A stretch of 52,238 nucleotides of DNA from Spirochaeta sp. LUC14_002_19_P3 (GCA_002084135.1 MUIB01000055.1:1-52238); one strand, 5' to 3'. Shown: positions 19,449-30,248, counted from the stretch's first letter. The notes: a model not told the origin generated them from the sequence alone. Made by a program: numbers and translations.

Positions 19449-20633
19449 TCAGCGCCGTGCCCATCGTATAAGCCAAAGGCTTATAAAACTGCAAACAGTA
19501 AAGCCAATCAGCACCGGATACACTGTGCCATTATAACGCTGGCCGATATACGTTCCCAGAATAAACGACATGAACAGTGAAAGGGAACCAACTACTGCCG
19601 CACCCACTCCGGCAATATGCCCCAGGGGATCCATGGCCAGTGCATTCATATTCCCAAAGATTGCCCCAATACAAAAAAACGTGAGCACTAGACACAAGGT
19701 AAAAAACCACAGCGGCGGATTACCGCTGGTAAGCAGTGCCGCGCCGAGATGAAGCACCGAAAGTACAAACACACCATGCAGCGCCAGAAAGGCAATTCTT
19801 TCCATTCCAAAACGGATTACCAGTTTTGTGTTAAGAAGAAAAGCCGCCCCAATGGAAAGAGAGAGAAGCGCGAAAAAGAGCGGAAACAGTTTTCCCATTC
19901 CGTACTGGTTTTGAAAAATCCGCGGCGAGGAATTCAAATAGCCGATAAAGGCACCAAAAATCAGCCCAATGACAAGAGTGTAGCCGATAGCCGGACGGCA
20001 GAGGATAACTTCCTTCACACCAAGGAATATTCGTCTGGGCGTAAAAGGCACGCGCCTGTCCGGCGGCAGAGTCTCCGGCTGACGCCAGGCAAACCATAGC
20101 ACCATTAGCAGCACCAGTCCGAGATAAGCACCAAAAATGGCCCGCCAGCCGCTGAGTAGCAGCACGGCCTGTCCCAGAGATGGTGCAACAACCGGCACCA
20201 GAATGAACACGGCCATTACCAGCGACATAACACTGGCCATTCGGTCTCCGCTGTACTTATCGCGCACCATGGCAATCACCACGTTCCGCGGTGCTGCGGC
20301 ACCCAAGCCCTGAAGTGCCCTGCCTGTCAGCAGGGCAGGAAAACTTCCCGCCAGCATCGCAAGCACGGAACCTGCGGCATAGAGAAACAGTCCCAGAAAC
20401 ATAACGGGTTTCCGTCCTATGCTGTCCGAAAGCGGCCCGTAAAATAGCTGTCCCGTCGCCAGCCCAAGAAAAAACAGGGAAATAACAAGCTGCACGGCAT
20501 TGCTTGCGCCCAACTGAAAATCGTTTCCAATCCGCCCAAGCGCTGGCAGCATCCCGTCGATAGACATAGCCGTAAGTGCCGTTAGCAGTGCCATCAGTGC
20601 CACAAATTCCGTGAAGTTTCTATTTTTTATCAT
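19449..20633 (-). CDS. Bcr/CflA-family MFS drug-efflux transporter
   Basis: AMSIDGMLPAL, GQLFYGPLSDSIGRKP and ETLP motifs; about 12 TM segments. Confidence 0.92.
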   Translation of the reverse strand: MIKNRNFTEFVALMALLTALTAMSIDGMLPALGRIGNDFQLGASNAVQLVISLFFLGLATGQLFYGPLSDSIGRKPVMFLGLFLYAAGSVLAMLAGSFPALLTGRALQGLGAAAPRNVVIAMVRDKYSGDRMASVMSLVMAVFILVPVVAPSLGQAVLLLSGWRAIFGAYLGLVLLMVLWFAWRQPETLPPDRRVPFTPRRIFLGVKEVILCRPAIGYTLVIGLIFGAFIGYLNSSPRIFQNQYGMGKLFPLFFALLSLSIGAAFLLNTKLVIRFGMERIAFLALHGVFVLSVLHLGAALLTSGNPPLWFFTLCLVLTFFCIGAIFGNMNALAMDPLGHIAGVGAAVVGSLSLFMSFILGTYIGQRYNGTVYPVLIGFTVCSFISLWLIRWARR

Positions 20634-20693
20634 CCGCCATCCTTCGGCAGTGTTTAATGTTTTCCAGGTTTCGCAGCATCGACAATGGGCGGA

Positions 20694-22124
20694 TTACGGC
20701 GTTCTCTCAATCTCCCGGCGGATTCTCCCGTCGACACCTTCTGCATCCAAAGCCTTGATTTTACCCTCCAGCGCTATGCCGCTTCCGCGTATTCCTCTAA
20801 TGCCGTAAACCACCAGAAGCCAGTTATGATGATCCAGCATGCGCTCATAGACCACAGAGAGTTCCGGCCACTTGGCTCTGGAAAGCTCCAGGCAGGTAAA
20901 TTCGAGAAAGCGTTCCCTATCCTTCTCCCAGAGTTTGCTCATAACAGTTTCCACGGCCTGTACCGTGCCTGGTACGGTGTATTCAATCAGTGCCTTAAGG
21001 CAGGCCAGGCGCGACTCGGGATTCATCTTTTCATTGGTATAGTAATTCAGTAAAAACTCATGGGATTCGCTGTCTGAAGAAGAGGCCAATGCACGCAACG
21101 CCGCGGCGCGGACTTGCTTAACCGGATCCTTTTCGGCCTTGTAGCGCAGGAGGCCCTGAACGTCCTGACTGTTCTTGCCAACAAGTTTTTCCGCGGCATT
21201 AACCCGTATTCGCCAGTAAGAATCCCGCTTAAGTGCCTGAATGAGCAGGGGCTCTGCATCGTAAGTGGGGAATTCCGCCAATCCGGCCAGGGCATAGGCA
21301 CGGAACACGGCATCGTCGGCACTGTCCTGATAAATGCGTTCAATAATGGCGGCATCGCTTTCACGTCCGATTTTGCCTACGGATATACAGGCGGCACGGC
21401 GCTGTTCATCGGAAGATGCGGCATCTTCAACAATGTAGACAAGTTCATCGGCAGCCGGTTCATAGCGAAGTTCGCCCAGAGTAATAATAAGTGCGGAGGC
21501 AAGATTGCCTTCGGCATCCCGGTCCATTTCCTTGAGCCTGTCCAGGAGCAGCCCGGCACCTTCCGTACTTTCATTCAAACTACCCAGCGCACGAACGGAG
21601 GCCGCCGCAAGTACCCCTTCCTGCCCCACGCTTAAATCTAGCAGAATTTCCGCCGCTTCCCCATCATTCAGTGTGCTCAAGTAGGAAATAGCACTCAAAC
21701 TCACCGATTCGGTGTAGTCTTCATCTTCAAGAATTTTATTGAGTTCATTATAAGCAAAGGGAATGCCTTCACTGTAAGCGGTTTTTTCCCACAGCCGGAA
21801 CACGCCTTCAAGTATGCGGGGATTGCTGGTGTCCCTGGCTATTTCGGCAAGGAGAGTATTATAATCAGCAATTTCTTCCTTAACGAGGGTGTCCAGCAGG
21901 CTTATAACATCGCTTTCCATGCCGTATCGAAGAAGCAGCTCTCTCGGATCGGTTTCTTTTTCCTGATCTTTTTCCTGATCTTTTTCCTGATCTTCCTGCT
22001 GATCTTCCTGCTGATCTTCTTGCTGATCTTCTTGCTGCGGTTTATCCTGCCGATCATCCTGAGAAAAAATCGCCGGAGAGAATAAAAGCCAGGCAAGTCC
22101 GAATATCAGTGCTTTAGTGTTCAT
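20694..22124 (-). CDS. Exported HEAT-repeat protein
   Basis: Signal peptide, acidic Q/E/D repeat, then helical repeats (ALGSL, TLGEL, VRAAALRALA); sits after murJ as in other spirochaetes. Confidence 0.8.
   Translation of the reverse strand: MNTKALIFGLAWLLFSPAIFSQDDRQDKPQQEDQQEDQQEDQQEDQEKDQEKDQEKETDPRELLLRYGMESDVISLLDTLVKEEIADYNTLLAEIARDTSNPRILEGVFRLWEKTAYSEGIPFAYNELNKILEDEDYTESVSLSAISYLSTLNDGEAAEILLDLSVGQEGVLAAASVRALGSLNESTEGAGLLLDRLKEMDRDAEGNLASALIITLGELRYEPAADELVYIVEDAASSDEQRRAACISVGKIGRESDAAIIERIYQDSADDAVFRAYALAGLAEFPTYDAEPLLIQALKRDSYWRIRVNAAEKLVGKNSQDVQGLLRYKAEKDPVKQVRAAALRALASSSDSESHEFLLNYYTNEKMNPESRLACLKALIEYTVPGTVQAVETVMSKLWEKDRERFLEFTCLELSRAKWPELSVVYERMLDHHNWLLVVYGIRGIRGSGIALEGKIKALDAEGVDGRIRREIERTP
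21958..22037 (-). repeat. In-frame 12-nt tandem repeats encoding QQED/QEKD
   Basis: TTCCTGATCTTT and TTCCTGCTGATC units read directly. Confidence 0.85.
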
Positions 22125-23680
22125 TGTTTTCTCTTAAATAATATCGACACAACTTCCACTCTCATCAAGATATACATACCAAGTATGATAAGTGCGCTGG
22201 TTAAAAACACCGTTATAAGGGTGAATAATGCCGTCCAGGAGCTGCCGCCGTGCCACCATTGAGTTCCCATTATGCGGAAGGCTCCATGAATGGCAAGCAG
22301 GCCAATGGCATTCGCGGCGAGGGTTTTCAGAAAGGTGAGGCCAGTTGTACCGATAAGCGAAAATCCAACAGCATGCCGGATGAGCAAATACTGTAAAACA
22401 GCACCGAAGATGAAGGCCAGGGAATTGGCCCAGGCCAGCGACTCGCTATCGCCGCCGAAGCTGAATATAAATACCAGGGAGAGGATAATATCGGCGGCTA
22501 CGGTAAGCAGCGCACAGATAAAGGGCTTGCGCACTTCGCCCAGAGCATAAAAGGCGCGCTGAGTAAGGTTGAATAATCCGACAAAGGGCATGCCGATTGA
22601 GTAGGCAAACAGCACTCTGGCTGTAAGAATGGTATCCGGCCGGGAAAAGGCACCGCGCTGAAAGGCCACGGCGATAATGGGTTCGCCGAGTACCATCATT
22701 ACCATTGCCGAGGGGATGAGCAGTGCCCAGAGATTTCTGTATCCAAATCCAAGACTGCTTTTGAGGCTGTCGGTTTCCTTGTAAACGGCCTGTCGGCTCA
22801 TTTTGGGGTAGAGTACGGTGGTAATAGATGCGGAAAATATTCCAAAGGGCAGCTGATAGAACACGATGGCGTAGGAAATGGCGGAGGCACTTTTATCGGG
22901 AAGAAAGGATGCAAGCAGCATGGCAATCTGGGTGTTTACAGCAAAAAGGGACGAGGTGAGGAGCATGGGGGCCCATTTACCCATTACGCCCTTAAAGCTG
23001 TCGTTGCTGAAATTCAGGCTTGGAATTAAGCGGTACCGTAGTTTGCGGTAGCTGGGATACTGCACCAGCACCTGGGCCAAACCTCCGGCCAATACGCCGT
23101 AAGCGATGGCCTTTGCCCCCCAGGCGGCATTCCCAACAACAAGGCTGCCGATAACGCACAGCGAAAACACTATAGGAGTTACGGCGGGTATGAAGAAGCG
23201 GCCATGTGTGTTATGAACGGCCATCATAATGGCGTTAATGGAAATGAAGAGAAGATAGGGCATGGTCCAGCGAAACAGAACAGCACTGAGTTCGTTTTTG
23301 GCGGGATCGGCAAAATTCTCAAATATCTTCACGGCCTGGGCAGAGTAAAAGGTGGAGACCGCAAGGATGGGGAGGATTATAATGAGCTGTAGGCCCAATA
23401 TGGACTTAACCAGCTGTATGGCGCTTTTTCGGCTTGGATCATCTACGAGTTGTTTGGATAGCTCCGGGATAAAGGCGGTTGAGAGTGCGCCTTCGGCCAA
23501 AAGTTTCCTTAGGTTGTTTGGGATGCTGAAAACAAGATTTATTACATCCGCGACGCCGCCGGCACCGAACAGGGCGCCGATAACCGCCGTTCTTACAAAG
23601 CCGAGTATGCGGCTGATAAGCGTACAGCCCATAACCATCATGGTGAGTACGGCACTTTTGCGGTGGCGTGAGTTACTCAT
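22121..23680 (-). CDS. murJ: Lipid II flippase MurJ (MviN)
   Basis: SRILGFVR, IPNNLRKLLAEGALSTAFIP and QLPFGIF motifs. Confidence 0.95.
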   Translation of the reverse strand: MSNSRHRKSAVLTMMVMGCTLISRILGFVRTAVIGALFGAGGVADVINLVFSIPNNLRKLLAEGALSTAFIPELSKQLVDDPSRKSAIQLVKSILGLQLIIILPILAVSTFYSAQAVKIFENFADPAKNELSAVLFRWTMPYLLFISINAIMMAVHNTHGRFFIPAVTPIVFSLCVIGSLVVGNAAWGAKAIAYGVLAGGLAQVLVQYPSYRKLRYRLIPSLNFSNDSFKGVMGKWAPMLLTSSLFAVNTQIAMLLASFLPDKSASAISYAIVFYQLPFGIFSASITTVLYPKMSRQAVYKETDSLKSSLGFGYRNLWALLIPSAMVMMVLGEPIIAVAFQRGAFSRPDTILTARVLFAYSIGMPFVGLFNLTQRAFYALGEVRKPFICALLTVAADIILSLVFIFSFGGDSESLAWANSLAFIFGAVLQYLLIRHAVGFSLIGTTGLTFLKTLAANAIGLLAIHGAFRIMGTQWWHGGSSWTALFTLITVFLTSALIILGMYILMRVEVVSILFKRKQ

Positions 23681-24794
23681 GGAGCTGAGTCCCAAAGCGG
23701 GCAAGAAAGTCTTTTTTGAATGGGCTGAAGCTGCCTTTGCTTATGGCCGTACGGGCGTTTTGAATTAAGCTGTACACAAATTGCAGGTTGTGATGGGTGG
23801 CTAATAGGGTCCCAAGTATTTCCCTGGCCGTAAAAAGATGGCGCAGGTAGCCGCGGCTGTACAAGCGGCAGGCCGGACAGGGGCAGTTCTCAACGAGGGG
23901 GCTGGTATCGTTCTGAAACCGGGCATTTCTGAGGTTGAGCATTCCATCGGGGGTAAAGCAGCTTCCGTTGCGGGCAGCACGGGTGGGATGGACGCAGTCA
24001 AAAAGATCGATGCCGGCCTCAATAGCTTCCAGCATGTAATCGGGAGTGCCGATGCCCATAACATATTTAGGCTTGTTATCCGGCAAGAGCGGCGCGGTAA
24101 AATGAAGAAATTCCTTGAACACTTCCGGCTCCTCTCCTACAGAGAGCCCGCCTATGGCATAGCCGGGCAGAGACATATCCACCAGCTGATGAGCGCTTTC
24201 CTCCCTGAGGTTCCGAAAGAAATTCCCCTGCACTATGGCAAATAGCACTCCCCTATAGTCCTCTTTCTCCATCCAGCGCCTTTTGGCACGAAGGGCCCAT
24301 CGTGAGCTCAGTTCCATGGCTTGCGCGGCCTCCTTTTCGGATATGCCCGGTGCTGTGCAGACATCGAGCTGCATTTGAATATCGCTGTTAAGCGTACATT
24401 GAATATCCACGGCCGATTCAGGGCTCAGCTGATGAAGAGACCCGTCTATGTGAGAGCGGAACTCAGCACCCTCTTCGCGTATTTTGCGGAATTGGGCAAG
24501 GGAGAAGATTTGATAGCCGCCGGAATCAGTGAGTATGTTTCCCTTCCAGGACGAAAAGCGGTGAAGGGATTGATAGCGTTCTATCACGTCCATGCCCGGC
24601 CGGAGATACAGGTGGTAGGTGTTGCCGAGGATTAAATTGAAGCCAATTTCACTGAGTGCCGAGTGAAGTATTGCCTTTACGGTGCCGTTTGTTCCTACCG
24701 GCATGAAGGCAGGAATTTCCACCTTGCCGTGGGGGAGCTTGAGAAAACCCGATCTGGCTTGAGTGGTATTATCCCGATGAATGACTGTTAGCAT
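23673..24794 (-). CDS. tgt: tRNA-guanine transglycosylase
   Basis: PAFMPVGT, NTYHLYLRPG, TDSGGYQ, DLFDCVHPTR and the Zn site CPCPAC. Start at 24794 or 24818. Confidence 0.96.
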   Translation of the reverse strand: MLTVIHRDNTTQARSGFLKLPHGKVEIPAFMPVGTNGTVKAILHSALSEIGFNLILGNTYHLYLRPGMDVIERYQSLHRFSSWKGNILTDSGGYQIFSLAQFRKIREEGAEFRSHIDGSLHQLSPESAVDIQCTLNSDIQMQLDVCTAPGISEKEAAQAMELSSRWALRAKRRWMEKEDYRGVLFAIVQGNFFRNLREESAHQLVDMSLPGYAIGGLSVGEEPEVFKEFLHFTAPLLPDNKPKYVMGIGTPDYMLEAIEAGIDLFDCVHPTRAARNGSCFTPDGMLNLRNARFQNDTSPLVENCPCPACRLYSRGYLRHLFTAREILGTLLATHHNLQFVYSLIQNARTAISKGSFSPFKKDFLARFGTQLHE

Positions 24795-24804
24795 AGACAA
24801 CTCA

Positions 24805-25887
24805 TCAGGTTTTGGCATGGCGGAACAGCCAGAACCCAAAGGAGAGAAAAAGGGCGTAGGGCACAGCAGCTCCAAAGAGAGGAGATATATAACCCAGCTC
24901 GGAGAGCAGTGTCGCAATCATGCGGAAGATATACCATCCGGATGAAAGGGCAAGGCTCACCAATAGACTCATAAGCAACACGTTGCGCCGGAATCGACCG
25001 CCAAGAGCCCCGGCAAACAAAATAACAAGAATTGGTGTAAAGGCTATAGTGTAGCGCTGATACAGTTTGGCCTGATGCGCCTTATAGGGCAACCCCGCCC
25101 TTTTCTGAGAGCCAATCCACTGTATGGCTTCGGTATTAGTCATTTCTTCCAAATCCCTGGTATCCAGGCGGAAAGTTTCTGGCGGTTCCACAAGCCGCTC
25201 CTCGCGGTACTTGTTAAAAGTTTTCTGAATAACTTCCCCCGGCTGTTCTTCGGTAAAAACCCGGCATGCTTCCATTTCCCATATCTCCACATCCTCAACC
25301 CAAACAGCACGTTCGGCATCAATGCGCTTCACAAAGGTGCCGTCTGCTTCCTGAATAATAACAGTAAGCCCGGCAAGAGTTTTTGTCTCATCATTATAAT
25401 AATCCGAATAATAGACTACCTCGCCCTGTTCGGCAATAACTGCCGCCTGGGAACGGCTTTTAACATCCTGAATATCAAGCAGCTCTTTAGACAAGTTGTT
25501 TCTCTCTTTCAGAAAAGGAATAACAATGATATCCTCAAAAAGAAATCCGCCAACGCTCAATATTACCGCGGCGACAAGAATGGGAATGATGAAGCGAAAC
25601 AGCGGCACTCCTGCTCCAAAGACGGCAATCAATTCATTCCTCGAACCAAGATTGCCCAAAGAAAAGGCTGCCGCAAACATGGCCCCTATAGGTAATGAGT
25701 ACGATACGGCCTTAGGGACATAGAGCAGACTGACATATATGGCCTGGGAAAAGGGAATTTCCCGGTTTAAGTACTGCCAGAGATTCGCAAAAATATCGGC
25801 CAGAACAAGAATGAGGCTGAAGAATACAACGCCAAGAAGAAGAAAGGGAAGAAACTCCTTCAGCAGCAATTTTCTGTACATCCTCAT
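24805..25887 (-). CDS. lptG: LptF/LptG-family permease
   Basis: Three TM segments, a periplasmic domain, then three TM segments; RNELIAVFGAGV; ATG 25887 overlaps the upstream stop. Confidence 0.8.
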   Translation of the reverse strand: MRMYRKLLLKEFLPFLLLGVVFFSLILVLADIFANLWQYLNREIPFSQAIYVSLLYVPKAVSYSLPIGAMFAAAFSLGNLGSRNELIAVFGAGVPLFRFIIPILVAAVILSVGGFLFEDIIVIPFLKERNNLSKELLDIQDVKSRSQAAVIAEQGEVVYYSDYYNDETKTLAGLTVIIQEADGTFVKRIDAERAVWVEDVEIWEMEACRVFTEEQPGEVIQKTFNKYREERLVEPPETFRLDTRDLEEMTNTEAIQWIGSQKRAGLPYKAHQAKLYQRYTIAFTPILVILFAGALGGRFRRNVLLMSLLVSLALSSGWYIFRMIATLLSELGYISPLFGAAVPYALFLSFGFWLFRHAKT

Positions 25888-27176
25888 AAGCGGCTCCTCC
25901 ACATAAAGAGGACAATCCCAATGAATAAAAGAAACAAGTCGGGCAGAATCATTACAAGAAACGGCGATACACTGGCCCTTAGGCCGAGGGAGCGTCCGAC
26001 AATGAGCAGACTCCAATAAAACGTGGCCAGCAGAAGCCCGATAAAAAACCCCACTGCCCTGCCGCTGCGCCGGGCTGTTAATCCAAGGGGAAAGGCAAGC
26101 ACAACAAAAGGAATGCAGGCAAAGGGTATGGCAAATTTCTGAAAGAATTCCAGAGTCCAAACTTGCAGGGAATGATCCTCGGGGGGATTATCCCTGAGCT
26201 TGATAAAATTTGTATACGATTGCTCAATTTTTGGCTGCACAGCCGATTTAATACCCGTATCCGCCGATAGCCTGCTGTAATTCAGAGCAAGAGTCCAGTT
26301 AGCCAAACCCTGGTCGAAAGTATGCTGTTGAACCCGTGAGTCAAAATTTTCCTTTTTCTCTTTTACAACCTTCTGTACATCCAGCATTCTCATGCTTGCC
26401 GGACCGGTGCTGGGATTGATACTATTCGATTCCTTGGAGAGAACCCTGTATTCCATGGATTCTGCGGTACTCCAGCTCCATTTTAGCTGCTCCTTGGCAT
26501 CCGGTATGATGGAAAAAATATCATACATATTAAATCCCGGCATATTGCCCAAATCGCTACGAATTTCCGGCGCCGCCAGTTTAGACATAAGGGTAACCCT
26601 GTTGCCGGAATTATCTTTTTCGATAACCATAAGCGGATGAATGCCGGACTTGTCAATAGCGCCGGTTATAAGAATCGACTGCCGGAATTTTCTGGCGGAG
26701 TACTCCTCCAGCTCCAGGCCGGGATTGGTAAGAGTGAGTTCCAGCCACAGTTTCTGAAAAGCCTGATTGCCTCTGGGCAGAAAAAAATCATTGATAAAGA
26801 ATGAAAGAAAACCTAAAACAATACCCCATAACAGAACCGGGCGAAAAATTACCAGGCGGTTAAAGCCAATCGATCGCATCGCCAAAATCTCATTGTCCGA
26901 TGCCAGCCGTCCGTAAGACATAAGGGCGGCGGTTAAGGTGGCAAAGGGCACTGTGAGAGTTATGAATGTCGGCAGCGAGTAAAGCAGAAGGAGCAGAACG
27001 GACTTAACGGGAATACCCTTGGCCAGTATCTGTTTAGCCAGCAGCAGCAGCTGGTTAAGAAGAAAGATAAAAAAGTAAAAGAGAAAACACACAAAGAAGG
27101 AAAACAGGAATTCATGGGTAATATAATTTTCCAGCTTCCAGTAAATTTTCCCTGTTTTAAATCGTTTTATTGTCAT
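25884..27176 (-). CDS. lptF: LptF/LptG-family permease
   Basis: YGRLASDNEILAMRSIG and KFAIPFACIPFVVLAFPLG motifs. Confidence 0.82.
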   Translation of the reverse strand: MTIKRFKTGKIYWKLENYITHEFLFSFFVCFLFYFFIFLLNQLLLLAKQILAKGIPVKSVLLLLLYSLPTFITLTVPFATLTAALMSYGRLASDNEILAMRSIGFNRLVIFRPVLLWGIVLGFLSFFINDFFLPRGNQAFQKLWLELTLTNPGLELEEYSARKFRQSILITGAIDKSGIHPLMVIEKDNSGNRVTLMSKLAAPEIRSDLGNMPGFNMYDIFSIIPDAKEQLKWSWSTAESMEYRVLSKESNSINPSTGPASMRMLDVQKVVKEKKENFDSRVQQHTFDQGLANWTLALNYSRLSADTGIKSAVQPKIEQSYTNFIKLRDNPPEDHSLQVWTLEFFQKFAIPFACIPFVVLAFPLGLTARRSGRAVGFFIGLLLATFYWSLLIVGRSLGLRASVSPFLVMILPDLFLLFIGIVLFMWRSRL

Positions 27177-27643
27177 TTCCCCGTCGAACCAAACCCCCCG
27201 GAACCGCGAAGCGAATCCGACAGACTGCCGGTATATTGAAATTCAGCCTGAGGTGCCCTGGCTATAACAAGCTGGGCAATGCGCTGCCCAGGTTCTATGC
27301 TGACAGTTTCATGGCCCAGATTTATTAAAATAATCTTTACTTCACCTCTGTAATCGGCATCAATCGTTCCCGGGCTGTTGAGCAGCGTTAAGCCCTGCTT
27401 CCAGGCCAGTCCGGAACGGGGACGCACCTGCCCCTCCCAGCCTTGAGGAAGTGCCATATATACGCCGGTAGGAACCATAACCCGCTCTCCGGGCGCAACC
27501 GGAAGGACAGTCTCAAGTGCCGCCTTCAAATCGGCGCCAGCCGCATGAGGGCTGGCGTACTCCGGCCGCATTTCCCGTGAACCGGTATACAATACGGTTA
27601 CCGGTTCATTGGCATCCTCGGCATCCGGGTAATTCTGCTTCAT
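27173..27643 (-). CDS. dut: dUTP diphosphatase
   Basis: AGADL, RPRSGLA, GTIDADYRGE and RGSGGFGSTG motifs. Confidence 0.97.
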   Translation of the reverse strand: MKQNYPDAEDANEPVTVLYTGSREMRPEYASPHAAGADLKAALETVLPVAPGERVMVPTGVYMALPQGWEGQVRPRSGLAWKQGLTLLNSPGTIDADYRGEVKIILINLGHETVSIEPGQRIAQLVIARAPQAEFQYTGSLSDSLRGSGGFGSTGK

Positions 27644-29808
27644 TACCGCGGCGGACGCTGTGAAGAATTGAACGGCCTTCCGCCGCCACCCGGACGTCTA
27701 TGGCTCGGCTCAGGCTTCCAATCTTTCTTGTCCGCATCAATAAGGCTCAAATTCAGACGTCCCATCCTGTCAATTTCTATCAGGCGCACCCTAATTTTCT
27801 GGCCTTCCTTCAGCACATCTTCCACCCGGTTCACCATGCCTTCCGCCAGCTTCGAAATATGGCAAAGCCCTTCCTTACCGGGCAGAATTTCAATGAACGC
27901 GCCAAATTCCATTATTCGCTTCACCTCGCCGTTGTAGACCGTACCCACCTCCGGATCGGTAACCTGAGCCTTAATCATACTCAGGGCCTCATTCGCACCG
28001 GTCTGGCCGTCTTTGGAGAAGATGGTAATCGAACCGCTGTCGTCAATATTCACCTTTGTGCCGGTTGTTTCGCTGATATTGCGGATATTTTGTCCTCCCG
28101 GTCCGATAATCGCGCCGATTTTATCGACATCAACCTTGAAGGTAAGCACTGCGGGCGCAAACTCGCTTATTTTTTCCGCGGGAGTGCTGATGGTTTTCGC
28201 CATCTCGCCAAGAATATGAAGGCGTCCCAAACGGGCCTGCTCCAGAGCGGTTTTCATTAGCTCCAGGCTAATCCCGTCAATTTTAATGTCCATCTGAAAA
28301 GCCGTTATGCCTTCCCTACTGCCGGCCACCTTGAAATCCATATCTCCCATATGATCTTCCTCGCCGAGAATATCCGATAGCACAACGGAAGTATCACCTT
28401 CCTGAATCAGTCCCATCGCGATTCCAGCCACTGGCGCCTTGATAGGAACGCCCGCCGCCAGAAGAGCCATGGAACCGCTGCAAACCGAAGCCATGGACGA
28501 GGATCCATTGGATTCCGTAATTTCGGATACCACCCTTATAGTATAAGGAAAGCTGTCCTTATCTGGCAGAATGGGACTTATGGCCCGCTGAGCCAGATGC
28601 CCATGCCCAATCTCACGCCGTCCGGTGCCGGTGCGGCCTGTTTCCCCCACCGAATAGGGTGGAAAGTTATAGTGCAACATGAAATTGGAACGGCGGTCGC
28701 CGTCTATGTCATCGAAAATCTGCTCATCATACGTAGAGCCCAGAGTAACCACGCCAATGGACTGGGTTTCCCCGCGGGTAAAGAGACTGGAACCATGAGT
28801 GCGGGGGAGAAGGCCGGTTTCCGTGGAAATAGGCCGGATATCGCTTGGAGTACGGCTGTCGCAGCGCTTTTTATCCCCTACAATGCTTCGGCGCATCATA
28901 TCAGCCTGCAACTTGTGCAGGAGCTCGCTGAACTGCGCCGCACCCTTTTCTCCGTGAGCCTCAATTTTTTCCGCGAACTGCTCCGCCAGCTTGTCCTGTA
29001 CGCCCCGGGCACCGTTGGAACGGGCGAATTTATCGCCGAGAAACAGCGTTTCCGCCAGCAGCGGTTCAGCCGCATTTTTTACTTCATCCGCAAAACCCAG
29101 TGCCGGAAGCTCATCCGCCAAAGGCAGTTTTTCCTTCCCCGCTGCGGCCGCGAATTCCTCAAGAAAACGGCAGAGCTGCTTTAATATGCCCTCCGCATGG
29201 GAAAGGGCTTCCAGCATCCGCTCTTCGGAAACCTGTTTGCCGCCGCCCTCCACCATAACAATACCTTTATTGTTTCCTGCTACAACCAAATCGAGATCGG
29301 ACTTGTCAAGCTGTGCAAAAGTAGGGTTCACTACCAGCGAACCCTCCACTGAAGCTACCCGTATAGCCGCAACCGGGCCATTAAACGGAATATCCGATAC
29401 CATAACCGAGGCGAAAGCCGCCATCATCCCCACCACATCGGGCGTATGAACCTGATCCGCCGAAATTGTCATGGGAATAACCTGAATGTCCCGGCCAAAG
29501 CTCTTGTTGAACAATGGCCTCATGGGCCGGTCGATAAGACGCGACACCAGAATTTCCTTGTCCTTGGGCCTTGTTTCCCGCTTTATAAACCCTCCGGGAA
29601 TCTTGCCGGCCGCATAGTAGCGTTCGTTGTAATCAACCATCAGAGGAACATAGTCCATCCCTTCGGTAACATCCGTTCCACAGCACACAGTCGAAAGCAC
29701 CGCACAGCCCCCGTATCGGGCCAGCACGGCACCGTTAGCCTGCCTGGCAATCTTTCCTGTTTCGAGTATCAGTTCCTGTTCACCAATTTTAATACTGGCT
29801 TTATGCAT
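27643..29808 (-). CDS. pnp: Polyribonucleotide nucleotidyltransferase
   Basis: SRLIDRPMRPLF, FTRGETQ, RREIGHG and DMDFKVAG motifs; KH and S1 domains. Confidence 0.98.
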   Translation of the reverse strand: MHKASIKIGEQELILETGKIARQANGAVLARYGGCAVLSTVCCGTDVTEGMDYVPLMVDYNERYYAAGKIPGGFIKRETRPKDKEILVSRLIDRPMRPLFNKSFGRDIQVIPMTISADQVHTPDVVGMMAAFASVMVSDIPFNGPVAAIRVASVEGSLVVNPTFAQLDKSDLDLVVAGNNKGIVMVEGGGKQVSEERMLEALSHAEGILKQLCRFLEEFAAAAGKEKLPLADELPALGFADEVKNAAEPLLAETLFLGDKFARSNGARGVQDKLAEQFAEKIEAHGEKGAAQFSELLHKLQADMMRRSIVGDKKRCDSRTPSDIRPISTETGLLPRTHGSSLFTRGETQSIGVVTLGSTYDEQIFDDIDGDRRSNFMLHYNFPPYSVGETGRTGTGRREIGHGHLAQRAISPILPDKDSFPYTIRVVSEITESNGSSSMASVCSGSMALLAAGVPIKAPVAGIAMGLIQEGDTSVVLSDILGEEDHMGDMDFKVAGSREGITAFQMDIKIDGISLELMKTALEQARLGRLHILGEMAKTISTPAEKISEFAPAVLTFKVDVDKIGAIIGPGGQNIRNISETTGTKVNIDDSGSITIFSKDGQTGANEALSMIKAQVTDPEVGTVYNGEVKRIMEFGAFIEILPGKEGLCHISKLAEGMVNRVEDVLKEGQKIRVRLIEIDRMGRLNLSLIDADKKDWKPEPSHRRPGGGGRPFNSSQRPPR

Positions 29809-29820
29809 AAATTATCCTTT

Positions 29821-29975
29821 GGGTACCTCTAAAAAACAGCTTTAGGAAATTGACGAAGAAATTTTTTGTCGGGCGGCAAAAGCGGATCGTAGCTTAAGCT
29901 ACGTGAGCATTTTGACAACTTAAGAGCGGCAGAAAAGTTCAAGTCAAGAACTAAATGGGGTTTTTAGAGGTGCCT
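29821..29975 (-). mobile_element. MITE-like hairpin element, copy 3, with 5-bp flanking duplication CCTTT
   Basis: GGGTACCTCTAAAAAAC...GTTTTTAGAGGTGCCT; CCTTT at 29816-29820 and 29976-29980. Confidence 0.88.
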
Positions 29976-29978
29976 CCT

Positions 29979-30248
29979 TTATTTTCTTAATCCGAGTTTA
30001 GCAATAAGACTTCTGTATCCTTCCAAATCCTTTCGCTTGAGATAGCGAAGCAAACGGCGGCGCAAGCCAACCATCTGCAATAAACCGCGCCGCGAAGCAT
30101 GATCCTTCTTATGAGCCGTAAAATGAGCCTTTAAGTCCTCAATCCGCTTTGTTAGCAGAGCGATCTGCACCTCCGCGGAGCCTGAATCCTGATCATCTTT
30201 TCCAAATTCGCACACAATGGCGGCCTTGTCTTCCTTTGTGAGAGCCAA
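29979..30248 (-). CDS. rpsO: 30S ribosomal protein S15
   Basis: [25 protein letters not shown] and LGLRK; TTG start with GGAGAGG RBS. Confidence 0.98.
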   Translation of the reverse strand: MALTKEDKAAIVCEFGKDDQDSGSAEVQIALLTKRIEDLKAHFTAHKKDHASRRGLLQMVGLRRRLLRYLKRKDLEGYRSLIAKLGLRK

